Assembly (NCBI GenBank): GCA_951406725.2
Contig: OX597819.1
Location: 55,366,001-55,430,000 of the forward strand
Direction: 5' to 3'
DNA from: Octopus vulgaris
Lineage: Eukaryota
DNA length: 64,000 bases
Within the stretch, counting starts at the first letter, position 1, and every line of letters starts with the position of its first letter. A model generated the notes under the pieces. The model was not told the DNA's origin. It saw only the letters and a program-made list of their open reading frames with translations, and did not search any database. Below, piece after piece: positions 22,362 to 36,060 of this stretch. The position numbers were made by a program, and so were the translations under genes.

Positions 22362-22768
22362 TTCAGCACAGGGGTCAATACAAGCATCTTGCCTCCTCTC
22401 CAAGATTGTTGGACTCAATCGAATTGAACCAGCCAGGATCCCTGGTCTGGTGGTACGTAAAAAGCACCATCCGACTCGTGGCCGATGCCAGCACCGCCTC
22501 GTCTGGCTTCCGTGCCGGTGGCACATAAAATACACCAATCCGACCGTGGCCGTTGCCAGCCTCGCCTGGCACCTGTGCAGGTGGCACGTAAAAAGCACCC
22601 ACTACACTCACGGAGTGGTTGGCGTTAGGAAGGGCATCCAGCTGTAGAAACACTGCCAGATAAGACTGGAGCCTGGTGCAGCCTTCTGGCTTCCCAGATC
22701 CCCGGTCGAACCGTCCAACCCATGCTAGCATGGAGAACGGACGTTAAACGACGATGATGATGATGATA
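22362..22768 (+). mobile_element. RTE LINE 3'UTR fragment
   Basis: Three GGCACGTAAAAAGCACC-type modules, the conserved terminal block and a (GAT)n tail. Confidence 0.85.
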
Positions 22769-23717
22769 CTAAAATTTGAGACCAGAATACTGAAACCATT
22801 TAATATATGTAGACAATTTATATAAATACATTTTCTTTTATTAAATGATTTTAGTAGTCTGTTTAAAAAAAAATTTAAGTTTTAATTAAAAAAAACTTTT
22901 TACACCAGATCATAAATGTTCAAAACATAAACCAAAAGACAGTTTTATAAAAAATGGATAGTAATACAATTTATAGGAGTTTTGAAAAATCTTCACTTAA
23001 ACATTAACTTTCTTGTGATACCACATAACCAAAAGGAATAAGTAAATGATTTGAAATAACAGATAGATAGAATGCTGTTTTCATTTCTTAACACCATCCC
23101 TCCATCCATTTTCTTCATGCACTATTCTTGGGAAGGTAGTGTGGGTAGAATCCTCAGTCACCAACTCTATAGAATCCTACTGGAATCAGCCACCATTACA
23201 CGTTCCAGTTAGCTTCCCAAACATGACCAACCAAGACTATGGATATTATTAAACTATCTTGTTCTTGGTCTACCCCTGGGTCTCCTGCCATTTGGCTCAG
23301 CTTGAAGAATCTATCTATTCTTTCTTGCAATATTGTGATCAGGAAAATATTGCAAGAAGGATTCTTTATTTCCCAAAACTATTCTTAAAAAGTTTCGGTT
23401 AGAAAAAAGAAATCCACTCTTTATGGAAAGTAAACAAAACTACTATTTATTTTTATTGAAAGTTTTCTGAAGAGGAAACTATGAAATTTTTGTTAGTGTA
23501 TATCTGTCCTATGACAAGAGTTAAGCAAGATCAAAATGATCAAATATATATTAGTTTCAAATTTTGGCACAAGGCCAGTACTTTTGGCAGAGGGAGTAAG
23601 TGGATTTACATCAACCCCAGTACTCAAATGGTACTTAATTTATCAATTCTCAAAAGATGAAAAGCAAAGTCATCCCCAGTGGTGTTTGAACTCAAAACAC
23701 AAAATCAGAAGAAAATG

Positions 23718-24095
23718 CAGGCATAGGAGTGGCTGTGTGGTAAGTAGCTTGCTTACAAACCGCATGGTTCCGGGTTCAGTCCCAATGCATGGTACTTTGG
23801 GCAAGTGTCTTCTACTATAGCCTCGGGCCGACCAAAGCTTTGTAAGTGGATTTGGTAGATGGAAACCGAAAGAAGCCCGTTGTATATATGTATGTGTGTC
23901 TGTGTCTGTCCCCTCAACATCACTTGACAATCAATGCTGGTGTGTTTACATCCCCGTAACTTAGTGGTTCGGCAAAAGAGACCGATAGAATATGTACAAG
24001 GCTTACAAAGAATAAGTCCTGGGGTCGATTTGCTTGAATAAAGGCGGTGCTCCAGCATGGCCACAGTCAAATGACTGAAACAAGTAAAAGAGTAA
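23718..24095 (+). mobile_element. SINE family A (full length)
   Basis: GGCATAGGAGTGGCTGTGTGG...GGTTCAGTCCC head; tail GACTGAAACAAGTAAAAGAGTA. Confidence 0.88.
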
Positions 24096-24828
24096 ATGCT
24101 GCTTAATGTTTTGTCCTGTATGATAATGATTCTACCAACCTGCTGTCTTAAAATGATAAAATATATATAACAAGATGTAATGACATATACAAAAGAATTT
24201 CTGATATTCAAAGCTAACAATTCTGAAAACCAGTGGAATAAAAAAAAATATCAGTGAAAATAAGAAGAATTAGTGCAAATTATATGTACAAGTTTTTTCT
24301 GGTATTTCATTGCCTTAAAAAAATAGTGGTGCACATTACGTATAAGTGCATATTGTATACAAATACATGTGATGGTTGCAATTGAGTACATACACATATT
24401 AGAAGGATGTCAAGCATTAAATGGAGTTCAAATAAAAAAACTGGTAAAGCTCAGCATTCAAAGTGATAGCCATATGGTATTTAATTCTATGCTTCAAAAG
24501 TCAGAAACAAAATAAAATATCTAACTGTAAAACACTCATGGCCTCAAGTCATCTTATGTAAATAAATACTTAGATTTATGGGAGCTTTCAACACACATGA
24601 AATGAAAATGGAGAAAATAATTTAGAAAACTAATGATATAGATGCAGATGTGGCTGTGTGATAAGAAGCTTGCTTCCCAACCACATGCATCTGGGTTCAG
24701 GCCCACTGTGTGGCACCTTAAGCAAGTGTCTTCTACTATAGCTCTGGGCCGACCAAAGTCTTGTGAGTGGATTTGCAAAGAGAAACTGAAAGAAGCCCAT
24801 CATATATTTTGTGTGTGTGTGTGTATGT

Positions 24829-25260
24829 GTTTCTTATTTCTTTATTGCCCACAAGGGACTAAACATAGAGGGGACAAACAAGGACAGACAACGGGATTAA
24901 GTTGATTACATCAACCCCAGTGTGTAACTGGTACTTAATTTATCGACCCCAAAAATGAATGCTGTGTATGTGTCTGTGTTTCTTATTTCTTTATTGCCCA
25001 CTAGGGACTAAACATAGAGGGGACAAACAAGGACAGACAAAGGGATTAAGTTGATTACATCAACCCCGGTGTGTAACTGGTACTTAATTTATCGACCCCG
25101 AAAATGAATGCTGTGTATGTGTCTGTGTTTCTTATTTCTTTATTGCCCACAAGGGACTAAACATAGAGGGGACAAACAAGGACAGACAAAGGGATTAAGT
25201 TGATTACATCAACCCCAGTGTGTAACTGGTACTTAATTTATCGACCCCGAAAATAAATGC
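24829..25260. repeat. 149-bp tandem repeat x3 derived from a SINE family C 3' end
   Basis: Units start at 24829, 24978 and 25127; the sequence matches the SINE C tail seen at 57900-58010 and 63125-63245. Confidence 0.92.
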
Positions 25261-26143
25261 TAGGGCTTGAGATAGTAATATCCAGGAGTTGTTGTTGATG
25301 ACGATGATGATGATGATGCACTAGTGAAGTTACCTTGTAGGTTGTCTTGCAGGCTGCATGGTTGCTTCGCTTGTGCTGCTGGCACAAAGTACATGCTGCA
25401 TAAGCGGTTGGTGTTACGAAGAGGATTCAGACACAGGCACCATACTGAAGTAAACAATGCACTACAATACAGTCCTTGGACCCATCAGATCAGGCCAAAC
25501 TGTCCAATCCATGCCAGCATGGAACAAGGACATAGACTGGTGATAATGGTAGTGATGATGATGGCTCCTTTTAAAAATTATATTTCCTTAAAAGGATGAA
25601 ATGGCTGGGTAGAATTGCGCAAAAAATTACACAGATGTGTAGAATGATGCAGTGGTGATGCTGGGCTTTGTATTTTTTCACAGCTCCCATGGTTACTGAG
25701 ATAATCTACTATAATAATACTCTTGTGTTTATGAATGAGAAAGGATGGGGTGATAGATGAATAAGGAAGGAAGGGGTGATGTCATACTTGGTAGTGGGAT
25801 GATGAAAATTATATGCTGAAAAAATAAATCAAACAGCATTTCAACTCTGTGTGAATATGTGTGTGTGCGTGTGTGTTTGTGTGTGTGTGTGCATGTGCAT
25901 GAGCAATGGAAGTGGGATGGTTCATCTTTGTTCGCTTAGTATTTGGGTCTATTTTTTGATTTGGTTGAATCTTGGTTGTTGTTTTTTTTTCTTGTTGGTC
26001 AGTTATTTTTCGCATTTTGGCAAAAAAAAGTCATTCTAAGATTGTTTTTTAATGTAAGCATGCCCAAACAAGTTGAATGCTTACAGAGCAGGTTTTACAG
26101 CCACATCATCCAAACTGACCAGGTGAAACCGGGCTTAGCTGCT

Positions 26144-26190
<47 letters not shown>

Positions 26191-26257
26191 GTATGTATAA
26201 TGAGAGAGAGAGAGAAAGTGTGTGTGTGCCTCCTCCACATACATACACACATGTGTG

Positions 26258-26302
<45 letters not shown>

Positions 26303-27407
26303 GCATACATATTTTGTATCCCCAGCACACACACTGCCTGACAACCGGTGTCGGTGTGTTTACGTCCCATAGCTTAGTGGTTCAGCAAAATAGATTGATA
26401 GAATAAATATTAGGCTTTAAGAAAAATAAGCACTGCAGTTAACTCATTCAACTAAACTTCTTCAAAGTGGCAGCCCCAGCGTGGCTGCAGTCTAATGACT
26501 GAAATGGGTAAAAGACAAAAGATATATCTAAAAAAATATATATGTACAAATAAAATATAAGTGCAACTTAGAACAAGAAAACAGGAAAATAATAACAAGA
26601 AGAAAAAAATTTGAAAAATTGGTGGGTAAAGACATTTTTGTTGGAATCTTGTGATTCAGCAGCAGCAAGTAACAGGTTATATATAATGAGTAATTAATTA
26701 ACAGACGAGAAATGTCTCTAGAGCAATTTAAAAGGAGGAGACTTAGTCATTACAGAAGATTAAGAAGTGTCAGGTCAAGCTAGTGGGTTGGCTGTATTAA
26801 ATGCAAGCTTTTCACCTAGACACCTGATGCTACCAGTTGTAGTGTGTCGTCATCTCTTTGCCAAGGATTAATAACAAGAATGCTACTTTACACTCCCAAA
26901 CAATGTGAAGCAGTAAGAGGTCGGCTTAACTCAATTACACAAACATAGCAGAGATGCGTGTGCAAGTGTGTGTGTGTGTGTGAGTGTGTTGGGTTGAAGA
27001 TGATGCATTCAGCTCTTCTGTGATTAAAAGCCTTTTAGGGATCGGCATAATATTTTGAGTGCTCTCAAATGGACTGCAAAAAAGGGAGACCAAAAATATT
27101 CAGTTTATCGATTTGCATTCGATGTATTAAGTAATCTGAACACCGTACCTTGTTTTTATATCTTTATGCACTGCATTTGGCTTCTGTATAAGCTATATTC
27201 AGCTGACAAGAAGAGACATGGTATAAGTAGTAGAAAAAAAGACATGTGGGATACTCCTAGGTGAAGGTGCATGACCTTGCCGCGAAGGTATTTCACTTGC
27301 AATTGTAAGAGTGTGGTTTCAATCCCAGGACTGGGCAATGCATTGTCTTCTTCTCACCCAGATGGCTTGGGTTCATTTCCTGGCATGGAAATATGTTAAC
27401 TCTTTAT

Positions 27408-27779
27408 AGGTGTAGATGTGGCTGTGTACTAAGAAGTTTGCTTTGCAACCACATGTTTCTAGGTTCAGTCCCACTGTGTGACACCTTGGGCAAGTGTTTT
27501 CTATTATAGCCTTGGGCCAACCAGAGCCTTGTGAGTGAATTTGGTAGACAGAAACTGAAAGAAGCGCATTGCATGTGTGTGTGTGTGTGTGTGTGCATAT
27601 ATGTATATATATATGTGTGTGTGTACATATATATACAGGTAAGATGAAATATTTTATGTTCGCCACCCGCAAACACTTTTGCCAATATATATATACAGTG
27701 AAGCATTACTATAGCGTAATGACTGCTATTTCCAGTTAATATTGGTGCATTGTTGTACCACTATCCCATATATATATAC

Positions 27780-27866
<87 letters not shown>

Positions 27867-28495
27867 GAAGAGAGAGAGAGAGAGATCAATAGATAGCTAG
27901 ATAGACAGATGTGTGTGTGTGTGTATGTTTTTTTTGTGTGTGTGTCTTTGTGTTTGTCCTCCATTACCACTTGAAAACCAATGTTCCTTTGCTTATGCTC
28001 CCATAACTTAGCGGTTCAGCAAAAGAATTTAATAGAATAACTGACGCTCGACCTTTATTCTCTAGAAAAACGACAACGCTGTGGTGATCTCATTCTTGCT
28101 CACAACATCATAAGCGGAAAGTGTAACCTCTCGAAAGAGCTGTTCTTCACTCCTGCTCCAGAGCGTCGGCTGCGGGGTCATTCCGAAAAGCTCTATTTGC
28201 GACGATTTCATCTCAATCGAAGGAGAGGGGCTTTCTCCGTCCGGGTTGCGGATCCGTGGAATAAGCTGCCAGACGAGATGGTGAAGATGCCGACAACCGC
28301 TCGGTTCAAAGTCTCCCTTGACCTCAAGTGGCCTGAACTCTTTACATGAACACCACCCTGTACATAACTCCATGTCCCCCTACGTGGCCTTGCTTTTTGT
28401 TTTTTGAGCCAAAAAATTAACTAACTAACTAACTAACTAACTACCAGGCTTTAAAAAAATAAATAAATAAGTACTGGAATTGATATGTTTGACTA
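27408..28495 (+). mobile_element. SINE family A pieces interrupted by insertions
   Basis: Head and CORE-like block at 27408-27570, 3' half at 27940-28040, resuming at 28443. Confidence 0.6.
28041..28442 (+). mobile_element. CR1-clade LINE 3' fragment with (CTAA)n tail
   Basis: Open frame 28041-28349 reads LDLYSLEKRQRCGDLI...LRGHSEKL...FSVRVADPWNKLP, a typical CR1 ORF2 C-terminus; CpG-rich. Confidence 0.85.
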
Positions 28496-28848
28496 TTGAG
28501 CAGGTATTACCAAGCTTTTGGTAAAATTTGATGCAGATTCTCTGCTTTCTCTGTCATGGTCATTGTGACAATCACATGCTACACACCTCCCTTCCAAGCA
28601 CTGCTGTAAATAGTTGAAGTGAGCTAAAACGTTAAAGCTTAGTACACATGCACAGCAGAGTTCAAGGTTAATCTGTGCCAAGCAACTTCACTGTGTGTGC
28701 TTTAGCTTCATTACAATGACAACAGTCCGGATACTTATTGATCAGACCATGTATATTTTTGCCTTTAGGTTGTAAAATTGTGAATTAGCTACCTGTATTA
28801 ATTATATACATCTATCTATATGTGTGTGTGTGTGTGTGTGTATATGTG

Positions 28849-28901
<53 letters not shown>

Positions 28902-31384
28902 GACTTGTCAGTCATGAGCATGCATGCACGCGACATAGACAGCCTTCCTAATCTTCGTTCGCAAAGCCAACCCATGATATGATATATATATATATATATA
29001 TATATACATACAGTCCCTTACTTATTCCTTACATATAATATACATACATATATATTATATATATGAACATAGAAATGTTTCACTGGATTTATCCATTGCA
29101 AAACAGATGTAAAGAATATGGAAAGGTGCTTGCTGCTGCCATTTAGAATGAATGAGAGAGTAACCTTCAAAAGGCCTGCATAGCACAACAATACCAGCAC
29201 AATCTAACCTACATTAAAACTGTTTACAATAATGACACAGAGAACAGTGATGCAATCCAAAATAAATTAGAGCGAGTTCAAAATATGGTTCAGTACATCA
29301 ACAGCATCGTTGCATGTAATGGAAAACAGTAAGATGATATGCTGAGAAATAGTGCAACCAGCACTTACAAGGACAAGTGTAACAGAAAGCAATTACAAAC
29401 ATCAGACTTTTCCAAGAACTCTAGGCAGCAAAGCAACATAAAATAGATTACTCAGAGTGTAAATTATGATTTATAAATTAACAACAGGAAATATTTTGTT
29501 ACCTTAATTACCTTAATTTTGTCAGCTTATTACAACACCTGGGTACCATTGTTTGAAAATTGTATAATATTAGTTTGTTAGTGTTTGTATATAAAATTCT
29601 GAATATTGGTACGATTGTTAGACAAGTCATCAGCCTCCTTTCTAAGTTGCAGAAAAACAGGTGTTAACCTAAAATTGGTAACAATCTCTTACTTCTTTTC
29701 TTTTATCTTTTACTTGTTTCAGTCATTAGGCTGTGGCCTTGCTAGGTCACCACTTTGAAGGATTTTAGTCGATCGAATTGACCCAAGTTCTTATTTGTTT
29801 TTAAGCTTGATACTTACTTCATCAGTTTCTTTTGCCAAATTGCTAAGTTATGGAGTGCTATAGTGCTATACTTTTAAATATTTTGCATCAAAGAAACAGA
29901 CCTGGAGCAGAGAGAAAATGTCATTGATGAGATCATGAATGGCGACAAGAAGATTCTGACAAACCTGACTGACTGACTGAACAATTAATCTAACACTTGA
30001 TTGGTTAATTGGTTAATCAATCAACTTGTAGTATTAAGGAAGAAAAATATAACCTGTGCATGTGTTTATTATGGGCATAATGACCCTCCCAAGATACAAT
30101 AAAATATGTTCAACACAACTTCACATCAAGAATCTTGCAGACCTAATACAAAAACAAAATATGGTATCATTAATTTAGAAAGATTTTAGAGAACTAAATT
30201 TGCAGTCTAGCTTGAATTTCAAGATGGGACAACTTCCATTTACATTGCTAATGTTTCTGGAGAAAACTAAAAATCTTTTCAGTAAATGGGAAAGAAGTCA
30301 ATGTCCTCCAATTTGAATATATTAAAATCAATTAACTTTGATTTTCTATTTTATTCCTTTACAATTTTTTTTTTTTTTTTACTATGGAAACCATCTGCAA
30401 TAAGATGTAGTTTATTTGAAATATTAAACATTTCAAATAAAGAAACAAAAATGTAATAAATGCCACTACATAACAAATGAAAAGCTGGAGGGAAAATAAA
30501 TTTATTGAATATTTTGCTATTGAAAAGCTAAACTCATCAACTGAAAAATAAAACTGGAGTAAGTAATCTATAAAATAAGACAGAAATTGCCAAGATGGAA
30601 ACAGACACTGCAATATTGCAAACTTACAATATAATATTGACAGTCAAGAAACTTGAGAAGATTAGTAACCTTAACAAGTGCAAAAAGTGTGTGATAGATA
30701 TGGTTTCTGTCAAACATAAGTTACAGACATGTCTGTCTAATGACCAGATAGAAACTGAAGCTTCTGTATTCTGTCAGAGTCAGGGGTGTATTTTAAGACA
30801 AGGCTGCATTATCCACATGGTCTCTAATATATATCATCATCATCATCTAATGTCTGCTTTCCATGCTGGTATGGGTCGGGTGGTTTGGCACCAATCTCTA
30901 CTGCCTGCTTTGGTATGTTTTTTTATGGCTGGATACCTTTCTGAAAACCAGCCACTATACATGGTATTTTGGGTGCTTTTTATGTGGCACTAAATACCTT
31001 ACAAGGCAAAACCCCTCAACTGAGAGAGATGAATAGCATTGAGGAAGATCACTTTGTGGTAGATGAGAGGTTAGAATATAAGTAGAGGGACAGAAATGGA
31101 CAGTTTGCAGTAAAGGAGATACATGGACAGTTTGCAGTAAAGGAAGAGAAAAAAGAGAGAGAGAGAGAGAAAGAAAGGGGGAGAGAGTGTGTTAGTGACT
31201 CCTTGTCTTGACACTGTGTGATAGTTGTAACCAAGTATCACAGTCATATAAGTTAATGTCCTCCATTTCTAATCTTCTGAGGAAACATCTGACCAAGGAG
31301 AAGTATAATCTTACTCAGAAACAGGTGATGGTTGGCAACAAGAATGGAATCCGATTATAGGAAATCTGCCACAATATGTGAAGA

Positions 31385-31660
31385 TACATGGCTTAGTGGT
31401 TAGGATGTTGCACTTATGATTGCGAAATCATGAGTTTGATTCTCAGACTAGGTGTTGCGTCATGTTCTTGAGCAAAGCACTTCATTTCATGTTGCTCTGC
31501 AATCATTTTGACATCTGATACATGGCATCCAGCTGCACCTGTACAGGTAATGTTAATTTGATGGAAGGAGTGAGCTTATGTGTCACTATAAACAAATCAT
31601 CTGTGTGGTTGTTCGGTAAGAAATTGCTGAACTCTCATATGTCATGTAACGACGGGGTAG
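31385..31660 (+). mobile_element. Old tRNA-derived SINE
   Basis: A box TGGCTTAGTGG, B box GAGTTTGATTCTC, CORE-like CTTGAGCAAAGCACTTCATTTCA. Confidence 0.55.
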
Positions 31661-31665
31661 TCCTT

Positions 31666-32520
31666 TATACTATTGTTGAAATTTATAGAAAAACAAAAGA
31701 AGAAACAGGTGTATGAACAACAGGCAGGTGTATTAGTTTGAGACTCGGGAAAGTGTAAAAGTCTTTTATGTTTCAAGCCTATGCTCTTCAACGGAAAGGA
31801 ATAAGAAAAAATAAACAGAGAGAATTTTTTAAAAATTGTGGATTTAGTGGTCAATCATGGTGACTGATTAGGAAAAAAGTTTGAAAGAAGAGGTTGAAGG
31901 AAGGGGAGATAATAAAGTATTGTTGATCCCAAAATGAAGGTGCATATGTGTGGATAGGGGCTAGTGACTTTAACATGTGTGGGTGTGTGCATGTGTTTGT
32001 AACGTGTGGCTGCTTATATATGGTGTGTGTGGTGATGTTATTGAAGATTGTATGTGGGTGTGCAGATGATGGTGTGCGGTGTGGGTACTGGGAAGTGGTC
32101 AGTGCTAGTGAGTGTGTGGAGTGGTATGGCATAGTGCAGTGTGGTGGTGTGAGATGTAGGGTAGGGTGAGGTGTGGGAATGTGGGGTAGGGTGGGTGTGG
32201 AGGGGTGGGTGTGGAGATGTGGGGTAGGTGTGGGTGGGAGTAGGAGCGGGGTGGTATCAATGAAGAGAGAAGGTAGGTAGGAATGAAGAGAGGAAGTAGG
32301 TGTCAGATGAAAAGAGGAGGGGAGTTGAACCCATGTGGTGCAAAGGAGCAAAGAGAGAAGATTAATTCCTGTTCACAGCGAAGATAGGAGTCCAGATGGC
32401 CCCTGTGCAAAGATAGTCTGAACACAGACATGTGTTGTAGTGAATGACCAGTAGAGCAGAAATGGTGCAAGACCAGGGTGTCATTGCCGAATCTGATACC
32501 TCAGAGGTGCTCTGCAAACC
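31666..32520 (-). mobile_element. Penelope-like element 3' fragment (GIY-YIG C-terminus, 3' region, hammerhead motif)
   Basis: Minus strand 32518-32305 translates FAEHL*GIRFGNDTLVLHHFCSTGHSL...CEQELIFSLCSFAPHGFNSPPLFI*, matching the PLE GIY-YIG end (RFxEH, HF...H, E..I...P.G.N); hammerhead-like motif at 31763-31798. Confidence 0.8.
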
Positions 32521-32875
32521 ACATGGTTCTGGATTCAGTCCCACTGCATGGCACCTTGGGCAAATGCCTTCTAATATATCCTCAGGCTGACCAAAGTGAG
32601 TAAATTTCAGATAGAAACTGAAAGAAGCCTGTCATATGTGTGAGTGTGTGTGTGTCTATTTGTGTGTCTCTTTGCATCTGTATTTGTCCCCCACTGCTAT
32701 TTGACAACTAGTGTTGGTGAGTTTATGTTCCTGTAACTTAGCAGTTCAGCAAAAGAGACTGATAGAGTAAGTACTAGGCTTTAAAAAAAATGTTCTGGAA
32801 TCAGTTTGTTCAACTAGAACCTTTCAAGGTGGTGCCTCAGCATGGCCACAATCAAATGACTGAAACAAGTGAAAG
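32517..32875 (+). mobile_element. SINE family A, 5'-truncated
   Basis: Starts at AACCACATGGTTC at the PLE junction; CORE-like block and tail present. Confidence 0.75.
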
Positions 32876-33016
32876 TTATATAAAATTGAATTTACCACTC
32901 TACACAACTTAATAACTAAAATTACTCCTTCTTGGTCAAATACTTTCACTTTCACATCTTGTCTGTTTCTATTCCCAAATATTTTCCTCCGAATTGTAAA
33001 TAATTTTATTGATTAT

Positions 33017-33267
33017 TGTTGTGCTTCTCTTGTTCACTAGCAAAGAAGAACACACTGATACACTAGATAGGTTTATTATCTGTCAGTGTATAACAAGAAA
33101 AGATAAAGGCAAAAGAAGAAAGGCTCCTCTACCAGCACTGCTTAGATAGCAGTAAGCTATTAGAACATTCTAGAGAGTTCTACAACTTTCCATTTGATTC
33201 TATTGGACAGATTCACACGCCAGCAATTTCTATTGGACAGATTTAGATGCTAGCGATCTCCACAACA
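33017..33267 (-). mobile_element. Solo LTR (251 bp)
   Basis: Termini TGTTGTG...CACAACA, 5-bp TSD ATTAT at 33012-33016 and 33268-33272, minus-strand AATAAA at ~33073 and duplicated CCAAT-containing motifs. Confidence 0.75.
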
Positions 33268-34760
33268 ATTATATCCTCAAGTACTTCGTATTAAAGAGAT
33301 TCAGTTAAAATCGAAATAATGGTTTCTGTCTGCAGATATTAAAAAAAACATTATAGTTGAAATGAGAAAATCAAATTAAATAAATGTTTGAAGATTATAT
33401 AATGTACTTAATGCCATTCGATTCAATAAGTTTATTTTACTAATAAGACAAAAATACAATTGGTTCCTGGTATGATGGTTCTCTTCCTTGCAATAAGAAG
33501 AAACAACCTACTGAGGTCAATGAAGTAGGAACCAAGCAAAGTACTTGAGTTGAAAAGACAGATTTGAGAACAGAAACAAAAGAAGAACCCTTGAAGGTAG
33601 TACTTCAGTACAGCTGTTGTCCAATGACAAATCAGATGTAAATATAGAAATATGTCTAAACTGCAACACTGCATTCCATTTCATTAATCACTACATGTCA
33701 GGGTATGCAGTGTGATCATTGGCTAGATGGTGACATCATATATCTACAGTAACAGATCTGCAAGTCACAAGCGAGTTGTTCAGTGAGACACCTACATGAC
33801 TTGGCTCTGTTCAGTCAGAGTTGGCTTGGAGATGCAAAACAAAAGCCAATGAGGGTATATCTACAGGGTCATGTGATATGTTAGAAATAGCAGCCAAATT
33901 TCCCTTTAACCACACCCTAAAGTCTTCATGATGGATACACTGTAAACAATTTCTAGAAAAAAAACCAAAAAAAAAACCAGATGGTCAAAGCTTGAATGCC
34001 TTCAGTTATAGAACCACTCAATCAAGGTTGATATGAGGTTAAATGATAACATAAATGTAGGTGTGTCACAGCCGCTAGGCAGAACCTCCCCATATATTTG
34101 AAGTATGATGACATTGGAATCACTCAGACTATAACACTTTATAACACAAACTAACTCACAAAAATATTTTTAAAAACATCTCTCAAGGCAATGAAAGAGC
34201 ATCTAGGCAGATGCTTGACATACTAGAAATAGCAGCAAAACTTCCCTACTCTCTAAAGAAACAATAAAACGAACTCATTGAATAACCATGTAGAGGTACT
34301 CTCAATGGTTGGTAAAATAAATATCAGTCGCATACTGAGATAAATTCAACTGAATATGCTCCAGCTAGCAAAACTGGCCCTGTGCCCAAATATAAATAAT
34401 TTTCACCTGATTCTCTGGATCTATGCAACTGTTAGTATCACTGACACAAAAACAACACAGTGTAGTGATTGTATGCCAAATTCTCCATATTCAAAACAAA
34501 AATTGAAGAACTCTCTTGCATGGGTTTCTGTTTGGAATAACGTTCATTGCATTTGATCTTCAAGAAGCTATAGAACATTCCCACCATTATAACACTCAAA
34601 CTAATCTGCATGATTATCATGATTTATACAGCAGCTACTCTAGCAAACAACTTCTGAGGGCTTTGCATGACATGTTAGAGGGGGAAGACCTGGCCTCTGC
34701 AAGCTACAGTAGAGACAACCCATCTAGGACAGCAGTAACTCATATATATATATATATAGT

Positions 34761-35065
34761 GGAGGCATATGGCCTAGTGGTTAGGATAGCAGACTCACAG
34801 TTGACGGACTGTGGTTTCAAATCTCAGACCAGGTGAAGTATATGTTTATGAGCGAAACACCTAAGCTCCATGCGGCTCCAGCAGAAGGTAATGGCAAACT
34901 TCTGCTGACTCTTTCGCCACAACTTTCTCTCACTCTTTTCTCCTGCATCTTGCAGTTCACATGGGACAGACAGGCATCCCATCCAAGTGGGGAACCTATA
35001 TGACAATGTAACTGGGAAACTGGCCCTTATGAGCCAGGCATGGCTTGAGAAGGAACAAACACAAC
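34761..35065 (+). mobile_element. tRNA-derived SINE family D, tail type 2
   Basis: Same head and body as 14748 but a different 3' part (CATCCCATCCAAGTGGGGAACC...GAAGGAACAAAC); sister copy at 44959-45260. Confidence 0.8.
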
Positions 35066-35119
35066 ATATATACACACACACACACACACACATATATACA
35101 CACATACATATATGTATAT

Positions 35120-36060
35120 ATCATCATCATCATTTAGCGTCTGCTGCCCATGCTGGCATAGGTTGGACAGTTTGACCAGAGTTGGGAAGCTGGAAAGCTG
35201 CACTAAGCTCCAGTCTGATTTGGCATTGTTTCTACAGCCTGATGCCCTTCTTAATGCCAACTACTTTACAGAGTGTGCTGGATGCTTTTACGTGGCACTG
35301 TCATGAGTAATTTTATAATGTGGCACTGGTACAGGGAACTTACAGGCCAATCCCCTTCACCAGGTGATGTGGCCTTAACATTTCTGATGTGGAGTACAGG
35401 TCTTCTTGAGTACAGCAAGGCACCAGGTAACTTTGTCCTTTGTCATCTCATCTGAAAAGTTCAGCATCCTCAGGCTGTCCTTCAGTACTTCATCCGTCTT
35501 CCTGGGTCTCTCACTTTCACGTGTTCCATCTACTTTGAGAGATCAGCACTTTTTTATGGAGCTACTGGCATTTATCCACACCACATGACCAAACCAAATG
35601 CTCACTGCATCTAATTCCTCTTATGCCTAACTTCTCTCTCAATACACTAGCATTCTATCAAACATGTACACTTATATTACACATCCAGCGGAGCATACTA
35701 GCCTCATTCCTCTCTAACCTTCACATATCCTCTGCATTCAGGGCTCACATTTCACTACCATGTAGAATTGCTGCCTGCATACATCATACAATCTTCCTTT
35801 CACTCAGAGAGAGAGACCTTTTGTAGCCAACAGAGGTAAAAGCTCTTTGAATTTCCTCTCTCCTATTTTTATTCTAGTTATTACACTTTCTAATTTGTAC
35901 CCTAGATAGCAGAGATTATCTACTACCTCTAATGAGCCATCAGGGCATTGAGAAAATCAATGTCCTGAGTATCTGTAGTTTTTATGGATCGTGTGCTTCT
36001 TCCACATATGAACATTACTTTCTCTGATAACCTTCCTGTTATTCCACTGCACCTATTAAA
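35120..36060 (-). mobile_element. Old degenerate RTE LINE 3' portion
   Basis: (GAT)n tail, terminal block and decayed ORF including the PHD remnant RCSGITGRLSEKVMFICGR. Confidence 0.75.
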
